A stretch of DNA of 64,000 nucleotides from the human T2T-CHM13v2.0 reference genome, Homo sapiens: assembly GCF_009914755.1 (NCBI RefSeq), contig NC_060929.1, one strand, 5' to 3'. A model generated the notes under the pieces. That model was not told the origin of the DNA, did no database searches, and was given only the letters and a program-made list of their open reading frames with translations. Of this stretch, positions 42,864 to 64,000 are shown piece after piece (position 1 is the stretch's first letter; each line of letters opens with the position of its first letter). A program made the position numbers and the translations under genes.

Positions 42864-43303
42864 TGTGATGGTTAATACTGAGTGTCAACTTGATTGAATT
42901 GAAGGATACAAAATATTGATCCTGGGTGTGGTTGTGAGGGTGTTGCCAAAGGAAATTGACATTTGAGTCAGTGGGCTGGGAAAGGCAGACCCATTCTTAA
43001 TCTGGTGGGCACAGTCTAATCAGCTACCAGTGAATATAAAGCAGGCAAAAAAAAGGTGAAAAGGCGAGACTGGCCTATCCTCCCAGCCTACATCTTTCTC
43101 CCATGCTGGATGCTTCGTGCCCTGAAACATCAGACGCCAAGTTCTTCAGTTTTGAGACTCTGACTGGCTCTCCTTGCTCCTCAGACTTGCAGACAGCCTG
43201 TTGTGGGACCCTGTGATCATGTAAGTTAATACTTAATAAACTCCAGATATATATAGGAGATATATATCCTATTAGTTCTATCCCTCTAGGGAATCCTAAT
43301 ACA
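42864..43303 (+). mobile_element. 3' LTR, MLT2A1-type, preceded by a polypurine tract
   Basis: PPT ACAAGGGGTGGACT at 42850-42863; TG...CA ends; TATAAA at 43035; donor CAT|GTAAGT at 43221; AATAAA at 43235. Confidence 0.92.
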
Positions 43304-43309
43304 GGCTAA

Positions 43310-44460
43310 CACTCACTTTCTCGGGCTCTTCTTGGTCAAGTCTCCCTTCTGGGCAGGGTCCTCTTACTTCCTCACAAACCCTGTGTTCCCTGGATGAGCT
43401 CTCTCACTCAAAGGTGTTTCAACAGTATAGGCTGATGATCCCCAAGTGGTACTTCACTCCAGATCTGCCTTCAGAGCTCTAGGCCTGGACACCTCAACAG
43501 CCTCCTGGCCACCTGCACCAGAATGTCCCTCATATCCTTCAAATTGACATTTCAAAATCAGCTCATCACCACCCCTTGCCAAATCTAATGCTCTGAGCTC
43601 TGGTTCAGGACCAGCCATCCAGCTGGCCACACCAGAAACCTGAGAGTCACTCTTACCTACTCCCTGCCTCTCACAGCCTGTGCTCTGCTCCATATTGCCC
43701 ACGTCTATCCATTCCTGTTGTCGCTCTGACTTTGGGCCACCATCATTTCCTAGCTCGCATGCTCCCGACTGCCAGTCGCACTGCCTCCAACTGGCCCCTA
43801 CTGCATCCTCTGGGACCACCCAACCCACTGTCTCCACTCCTGTCCATCCAACTCACTGTCAAATCCACTGTCCACACAGTTCAGGTCCTGTGAGGCTTTC
43901 TGTGGTCAAAACTCTCTCCATCAGAACACTGAGGTGCCCCTTTGCTAGATACCCAAACCACACTCTGTATATGCCTCCAGAACAGCACTTTTCCTTTTTT
44001 CCTTTTTTTTTTTAAAGACAGAGTCTCCCTCTGTCCCCCATGCAGGAGTTCAGTGGCACAATCTTGGCTCACTGCAACTTCTGCCTCCCAGGTTCAAAAG
44101 AGTCTCATTCCTCAGCCTCCTTAGTAGCTGGGATTACTGGTGCCCACCATCACATCTGGTTAATTTTTTTTTTTAGTAGAGACAGGGTTTCACCACGTTG
44201 GCTAGGCTGGTCTTGAACTCCTTACCTCCAGTAATCTGCCCACCTTGGCCTCCCAAAGTGCTGAGATTACAGGTGTGAGCCACCGCACCTGGCCAAGCAT
44301 AGCACTTTTCACGCTGAACTGCAAGAGTCTCTTACCTTGTCTGTCTTGCCAACCAATGATACAAACTGAGGGCTGAGGCTGTACCTTTATGGATTTTTAG
44401 CCTCAACTTCTAGCATATAATTCCTGACAAGACAGTAAATTGTCAGTAAGTCTGCTGAAA
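43310..44460. mobile_element. L2 remnant interrupted by an AluS (-, 43995-44294)
   Basis: L2-like GCTGATGATCCCCAA...CCAGATCTG and CCAGAAACCTGAGAGTCA. Confidence 0.65.
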
Positions 44461-45157
44461 GAATGGACACATGAAAACATACATAGAGACAATAATTCTT
44501 GATCCGGATAATATTCTTCAATCCTATGCATAGCTCTTGTGAAATTAACAAAATTGCTCTATTAAAAATTCCTACCTAAGTGTATTAGTGCCAAGTATCA
44601 CCGAACTATTGTCACATTCTTCCCTTAGCTGGCTTCCAGAAACACATTCTGGTCTCACTAATAGAGTAGGGGCATAGCCAAGGTCAGACTTTTAATTTGG
44701 AGCTTTCTCACTGAGAATACAGACTAAAGACTGAATGAATCCATCTACTATCCAGCTGTAGGAAGCTAAAAACCAAAACAGGATTTGTTTCCTGAAGCTG
44801 ATTCCCAAGGCTGCTGGTACCCCACTCCTGGCCAGAAGGCTTGGCTCCCTCCGAGCAGGCCTGACTAGCAGGCTCATTCCCCATGCTTCTGAAAGCATGA
44901 CAGGAGGCAGCTTTGCTGCTGACCACAGCTCTATTCCACTAGCTATATACTTTCGGCAGTTACAAGCAACAATTACTCTGACAACAAACCAAGAGAACAG
45001 CATCTGAAGCCAGGGAGGCAGACATGCAGTAAGAGGCTAACTGACAACGTCTGGTCTCAAGGTAACAAACCACATACACAAATTCAACCTGGTACCTGGT
45101 CTTTCAGTATTCTGCTGTTTACGCGTTATGCAAATCAGTTCTCAGCCCTAAAATGGA

Positions 45158-45230
45158 CAAGTTGAGTATTCTTAATCCAAACATGACACTCAAGGGATTT
45201 TGGATTTTCAGATTAGAAATACTCAACCTG
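45158..45230. mobile_element. 73-bp TcMar-Tigger MITE (Tigger4/MER46-like) consisting mostly of TIRs
   Basis: CAAGTTGAGTATTCTTAATC pairs with GATTAGAAATACTCAACCTG; TA follows the right end. Confidence 0.75.
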
Positions 45231-45564
45231 TATTCATTTCAGAGGGCTACTTGGAAACTCAACAGAGCATTTCAGACTACGAATCTATTATCCACAATGA
45301 TATATGCCTAAATTAAACACATAAAAATATGTCATAGGAGTTTACTATGTCCACTTTCAATGTCCTATGTCACTTATCTTGACAACAATCTGTATGGTAT
45401 TTTCATCCCCACTTTACAGATAAGGCCAATGAAGCACTAAGGGTTTAAATAATAAACCCAGGTTCACAGAACTAAATAGATGGTAAAGCCAGAACTCAGT
45501 ATCAATTCTGACACCAAGCTTACACTTTTGAACTTTAAACTCTGTCTTTGTAAAAGCTTTATTA

Positions 45565-47060
<1,496 letters not shown>

Positions 47061-48358
47061 ACTTTTTTCCTATTACAAAGTAATACCTACAAATGTTCTT
47101 TCAGTTGTAACAAGTCTCCAGGGCAGGGGAACAGGCAATGACCTTGGACAATTCATTACCCCCAACAGCTAAGCAATACTTATTCACTTGGCCATTCTAA
47201 ATCCTTTTCTTCACATTTAGACCCTGCTTTTTTCCTGACCTCAGGTTTTTTTTTTTTTTGAAGGAAGAGAGTATCTGCTCATTAAGATGCAAACTAAATT
47301 CCTCACTCTGTTTTGACAGCTCATCATTTCTTGAAGTGCAGTGAAAGCATTACTCATTTATGATTCTTAGCAAGGATCACTCTCACCAGGCATTCACTAG
47401 GCCTTTAAACAATCCCAATACCTCATTAAACTCTCCCTATTAAAGAAAGAAATAAATAAAACTTACATTAGAAAATAAATGTTAGGACCCAAATACCAGT
47501 ATAAGCCTCAGATCCCACAGACCTGATCTCACCAAACAGTTAACTGGCTTGATTCTCTTATTATCGGTGAACCACACCCAAAGACGGTTGGCAAGCTTGA
47601 TGGGATAAGGACCTGCCTCAGGAAGCAAAAGGTCACAAAGAAAAGAAATGGCTAGAGGCAGAGGCCTCCCAAATCCAAGCTAATGCTCCTTCAACAGAAC
47701 CAGAAGCAGGCAGGATCTTGGCTGTGCCTTGAAAGCTAGTTAGGATTTGGATCAGTGGAAGGGGCAAGAAGCGTGGAGGGCTCTTAAATGGGAAGATGAC
47801 AACATGAAGGCCGCGTTCAGCAGAAGGCTGGCTGTGGTGTGTGGGCATCTGGGGGTGGTGCAGACGGGGAGCAGTGGGAAGTGGAGAGGCCAGTCAAGCT
47901 CTTGTGGTAGGTGGTTGCATGCACCAGGAGATGCTAGACAGAAGGTGGCCATGGAAACACAGACGGATCACCACAGAGGGCCCCACAAAGGGCACAGTGG
48001 GGGCTGTGATTGGTTGGGCATATGAGTGATTAGGGAAAGAAGGGTGCTGTTGGCAGAAGCTGGGAAGGCTCACTTGAAAGGAGAGAGAAGCCAAGCTGAA
48101 TTGCAGGTATCAAGCTCTGGACTTAACATACTGCCCAAACCCCAAGTCCTCCTAGAAGCCCTTGAGACAGATGAAGATACTGTTACAGGACAGAAAGGAA
48201 ATCCATGAAACGACTCACTGAAAAAGAAAACTGTGCAGGAAGGGAGGCCCTCCAGGTAGACTGTAAAGGTACCCATGGTGGGTATGGCAGTCCTATAAGA
48301 GGGACAGCATGCCTGGCTCCAGACACACACTTAGAGTGCCAGAGAAGAACAATGCTGA

Positions 48359-48703
<345 letters not shown>

Positions 48704-48744
48704 TCAGGACCTGCACTGGTGGCCCAAAGAACACACACATGAAT

Positions 48745-48795
48745 GCGCACACACACACACATACACATACACACACACGCACACACACACACATA
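48745..48795. repeat. Imperfect (CA)n microsatellite
   Basis: read directly from the sequence. Confidence 0.9.
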
Positions 48796-50484
48796 CCTGC
48801 AGCTTCTGGGGTGGTGAGGAATAATAGCAACTAAATAACATTTAATAAATGTTCACTACCTGCTAGGTACTGTGTAAACAGCTTTCCACAGATTGCATCA
48901 CTTAAGACTAACAGCAACCTTACGGGCTTTTATTTTATTCCCATTTCACAGATCAGAAAACTGAGGCTCAGAGAAGTTAAACACCCAGCCCAAATTCACC
49001 ATTAGCAAGTAGGAAGCCCTGTGTGACACCAAAGCCATGCTCTTAACTACCACATTATACTGAAAGTAAAGATTGTTGTGCTGGGATATGTACAAGTGCC
49101 AGAAAAAAGGTGTCAGGTGGCAGTTATGGGGCTGTCACTGCTTTATGATTTAAGCTAACGGATGTGACTGACAGCAGCTGCAGAGACACATGGCATTGCC
49201 ATCTGTGCCTCCCCTTCTACCACCGCCTCCAAAACTGCTCTATAAACATTAAGTTAGGGGAAGAGCTGGGAGAAGTTAAAAGGCTTGGAGCAGGAAGAAG
49301 GCAAGAGGAACCAGGGACAGATGAGAGGTGCCCACAGGCTCACTAAGGGCCAGACTGATCTATGGTACAGCAGCATGTCACAGAAAGAAGGAATCCTCAT
49401 AGAATCTTGGAGATACTCCTGCAGGTCCGAGCAGCGACCCTTGGATTCTATTCCTCAAGACTTCTCTCTCACCATCACACATGTGTGCACACACCTTACA
49501 TAAGAGATGGGGAAAGATGTCACCCAGTCCTAACACAGCTATGAGCCTTTCACACCCCTCTTGCCTGCTTGCTACATTATCCCCCTCCTCCCCACACCAA
49601 ATCCCGCTTTAATGTCGACCTTTCCAAGTCCTACACAGCTTTTGCATAAGACCAGATGCTGCCTTGGGTTCTGCAGTGGGTCTTGCTCTGTGCCCCCAGA
49701 GCACTTGGGCATGCCTCCCTCATAAGTAGGCAGCTCCGACCTCTGTGCAGAGAACTCTGGTGACCAGCCATCTCCCCAAGAGAAGGTGAAGCTCCTGAGT
49801 GCACAGACTGTTTCTTTGCATTCCTAATTTTAATAGTGCTTAGCAAATGGTAGATACATAAAAATGTTGCTTAAATAACAAATCTTCCAGTTCAAGTTAT
49901 TAATAATAACAGCACCTAGCAGTTGTTGAGTATCTGCCATGTGTCAAGTCCTTAGCTGGGTTTATATGGTTTATTTCTTCTCATCCTCTAAATCAGCCTG
50001 CAGGGAAGACACCTATTCACGTTACAGGTAAGAAAAGGAAGTCTCGGATAGGTGAAGTTACACGTCTAAGGTCACCACCAAGTGGCTGAGCCTGGATCAG
50101 AACTTTGCAAAATCAAAGTCTCTTCCACAATGCTATGGCACCTTGTTTCCATCCCCAGACTCCTACTGTGGTTGGTTTATTCCTCAGTTGCTCCTCTGTA
50201 ACAGGACCAGACACAGAGACAGCCACACCCTCACCACACTGAGGGCCTCTCTCATGCACCCCAGAGCTCCCATACCCCCTCTCTGTCTGCCACCCAGATT
50301 ACATCTGCCATACTTACTGCGCTCCTCAGGTACTACTTATAGGTACACCTGGTTCTTCCTGTCACCCTTTTAGCATAGATCATCTTTATTCAGCAGGTAG
50401 CAGAAAGTGATCATTAAAACAAAAAGAGAAAAAGCAGCCACTTCTCTTCTCCAGAACGTAAAGCTGCATAAAGAGATTTGTAGG

Positions 50485-58592
<8,108 letters not shown>

Positions 58593-59009
58593 TTACCCTT
58601 ATCTTTTAAAAAACCATCCACAATTTAGGACAGAGCCTTATCCTCTGTTACAAAACATGTTTAGAGTCAGACTACAACAACGAGGCATAGTGTCTGCACA
58701 GCATTATTTTAATGCAAGAAAACAAAGCTGCCAACTATAAGGATCTGAAAAATGTGACCACTTCAGGCTTATTTTGAGACTGAACCACTCCCCTTCCCTA
58801 ATTATCCCTCAAAGGAAATACATCAGGCACTGTGGGCAAAGAGGGAAACATGTCTAATTACAACATGTGCACTTGGTGGACGAAGAATTTGAACATTCTT
58901 GAACTCTGGCCACATTTCAGAAGACTTTCCACTTGTAGTTTAATTTCCCTGAAGAGAAAAGTTTAAAGATCAGTTGCACTTCAACCAGGGTTCTATCAAA
59001 AAAAGACAT

Positions 59010-60905
<1,896 letters not shown>

Positions 60906-61369
60906 TAAATGTTTAAATGTTTTAAAAAGACACAAAGAGAAATTGACCACATTGCTTAAATGTGATACCACAAGGGAAGCCCGCTGAAACTTTAAGATGA
61001 CCCTGACTCCACATCAAGTGCTAACAGAGGAAATGGTTTGTATTTTACAACTAGGACTAAAAATAAGACCCATTTTAAGAGCACTTTCTCCTGGAGAAAA
61101 CACACATATCTTGAATTTAAAGATACATATGCAAATGCCTCAGGCCCCAGGTGGTCTTTACGGAAGCAGTCCCTGATCAGATCTCTCATCCACAGCCCAC
61201 GTGCTTCTGCATTACAGAGGTGGGAAGACATCTGCAACAAATTTGGCGGTGCTTCTGCACTTCTGCTGGAGAGAAGGGCAGAAAAAAACCTTTACAGATG
61301 CAAAACAAGAAGGCTTCTCATTAGGCATTTGGATTAAGAACTATTGCTCAAGAAGCCCTGAGCAAGGCC

Positions 61370-61795
61370 TACAAGTTCTGATCTCTCTAACCTCCTCTCC
61401 TATGACTGTCCCCCTTGTCCATGGGCCTCTGCCATGCTGGCTTCCTTGACGCTCCGCCAACCCTTCAGACACACTCCCACCTCACGACCTTCCCGGGGGC
61501 TGTTCCCTCTACCTGGACGACTCTTCTCTCAGACCTCTCGTATCTTCAAGTCTCGGCTCAAATGCCACCTTTGCGAGGAGGAAAAAGATTTCTTTTCTTT
61601 CCCATGATATTTATCACCTCCTACTACACCGTATAATTTACTTAATTATCTATAATTCACCCCGTTTCTCCTTTCCCCCTCAAATAAGCTCCAGGAATGC
61701 AGAGATCTCTGTCCTGTTCACTGATGTCTATCACAAGCACTTAGTGCCTGACACACAGTAGGAGCTCGAGAAGTATTTTCTGAATGAATGAACAA
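61370..61795 (+). mobile_element. L2 3' end
   Basis: GCTGTTCCCTCTACCTGGA...TCGGCTCAAATGCCACCT...AGTGCCTGACACACAGTAGGAGCTC...TGAATGAATGAA. Confidence 0.8.
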
Positions 61796-61899
61796 ATTTC
61801 TTGACCTGAAGATTCAGAAGAGTAAGAAGTGGGTGGAAAGGATGATGGTGAGGGGATGAGGAGAAAGAAGCGACAGCGGAGAATTCCCAAGGGAGAGAC

Positions 61900-63000
61900 A
61901 AGCAGAGACTGGCTGAGGCCAGGCCGACCCCCTTTTCTCCCCGCAGCGCTGACGGGAGGCGGACGTAGGTGCAGGGCATCCCGCCAGCCGCACCCGAGGC
62001 ACTCAGACGCAGGCAGCGGAGGCCGGCGGGCTTCTGGGCTCACTGAGAAAGTCCAGAGGCAGGACGGACCCACGCGGGCTCCGAGCAGGCCCCGTTGGGG
62101 GCTCCGACCCACGGCCCTACCCCTCCCAGCAGTGCCCACAACCCCAGGTCCTCTCCAGAATCCCCAGGGGCGTTCCGGGCCGCAATCCCTTCTCGGCTCG
62201 GGCCCCTCCACCAGCCTCCAGCGCTCGGGCCCTGCGCTCAGGCACCTGCCTGCCTGCGCCGGGGTCCCCATTCCGGCCCGCGCGGAGGCCCCAGCGCGCT
62301 CCTGCGGCCTCAGCCCGCCTGGCTGCCCCGTCGCCCGGCACAAGGGCAGGAAGCGCTCCGCGGCGCTCCCCGCTGCAAGGAAGGGGCTCCCGGCGCCCCT
62401 CGCCCCGGCCGCCCCTGCCCGACGCCCCGCCTGCGCGGCGCCCCCTCACCTCAGGGCGTACGTACGACACGAAGGAGGGCTTGGGGGCCTTGGTGCCGCC
62501 GCCACCGCCGACTACTCCTTTCCCCAGCATACCGCCGCCCTGGGAAGCAGCGACGCGCGGACGCAGAGGCGGCGGCTCGGGCTCCAGCTGGGGCAGCAGC
62601 GGCGGCCACCAGCACTAGCGGCTGGGGCTCCGCCCATCCCCAAGGCCGCGACCGCCGCGATGCCGCCCGCATCCGGCTCCGCCGCTGACACCGCTCGCCC
62701 CGCCCAGGCCCGTGGGCCCCGCCCATCCCGTGCGCGGGCCCAGAGAGCCGGGAGACCGCAACTGGAGGCCACGCCCCCCCATCACGTCAGGAGAGTTTGA
62801 CCCGCCGAGATTCACCACCTTCCTGCGGCAGAGCCCGCCCTCATGCTTTCTCTGATTGGCCCGAGGCGCTGCCGGCCGAACCCCGCTCCCAACCCATTCT
62901 TGAGTGCACTTGGAGAGATGTTTCCTCCAACCAATCCAGAGAGCGTTCTCTCCGGACTTTCCAACGATTGGATGGCGAGGATAAAACCGTCGTCCAATGA
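61900..63000 (-). promoter_or_regulatory. CpG-island promoter of MTMR12 with GC boxes, a CRE-like site and four CCAAT boxes
   Basis: very high GC and CpG density; KLF/SP site GCCACGCCCCC at 62768-62778; TCACGTCA at 62782-62789; CCAAT/ATTGG at 62855, 62931, 62967 and 62994; no TATA box seen. Confidence 0.9.
62450..62530 (-). CDS. MTMR12: MTMR12 coding exon 1 (MLGKGVVGGGGGTKAPKPSFVSYVRPE), 81 nt, phase 0 end
   Basis: ATG at 62530 with an in-frame upstream TAG at 62615-62617; donor GAG|GTGAGG; peptide matches the MTMR12 N-terminus as I recall it; lies in a CpG island. Confidence 0.96.
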
Positions 63001-63137
63001 TCCTGCAGTCACCAAGTTGTCGTTAGCAGGGGTTCACGGCAGTCGTTTTCTTCCGTTTGCTTGTGTCTTTGGAATAAAACGTCCAAAAATGGGATGTATG
63101 GAATCTTGCTATAGGAGTTCCCAACTTACAGCGATGA

Positions 63138-64000
<863 letters not shown>

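Larger units (their letters stand above)
36854..43303 (+). mobile_element. Full-length HERV-L (ERVL) provirus, 6450 bp, antisense to MTMR12 intron 1
   Basis: two ~440-bp LTRs, tRNA-Leu PBS, gag-pro-RT-RNaseH-IN-dUTPase order without env, PPT, imperfect 5-bp TSD GGCCA (36849-36853) / GGCTA (43304-43308). Confidence 0.95.

Noticed and set aside
47600-48350. Overlapping ORFs in a GC-moderate stretch
   Set aside because: No recognisable protein motif or splice-phase fit; probably an old LTR-like or unique non-coding sequence.
61829-62800. 323-aa + strand ORF and other long ORFs across the CpG island
   Set aside because: Non-ATG start, low-complexity Arg/Pro/Ala/Gly composition, and antisense to exon 1; expected from stop-codon scarcity in GC-rich DNA.

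Overview
Primate genomic DNA, almost certainly human (Alu-dense, with an AluYa5-like insert). It holds the 5' part of MTMR12 (myotubularin-related protein 12 / 3-PAP, a catalytically inactive adaptor of the myotubularin family) on the minus strand. The CpG-island promoter lies at about 61.9-63.0 kb. Coding exons 1-8 (62530 down to 5409) splice with canonical GT-AG ends and matching phases into 263 codons, and the gene continues past position 1. The 36-kb first intron contains a structurally complete but coding-dead HERV-L provirus (36854-43303, MLT2A1-type LTRs, antisense to the gene) and a U6 snRNA retrocopy inside an old L1. About 55 Alus and many MIR, L2, L1M and DNA-transposon relics fill the rest. 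Most ORFs in the supplied track are Alu, HERV-L or GC-island artefacts. I see no convincing wholly new biological system. The best leads are: (i) a candidate alternative first coding exon of MTMR12 at 32462-32635 that is interrupted by a single TAG; (ii) the HERV-L, whose two LTRs keep different DUX4-like, TATA and splice-donor motifs; (iii) overlapping upstream ORFs at the MTMR12 start; (iv) a diverged tandem duplication abutting the exon 3 donor; (v) a U6 retrocopy with a short non-U6 3' segment. Repeat family names and boundaries were assigned by eye and are approximate.
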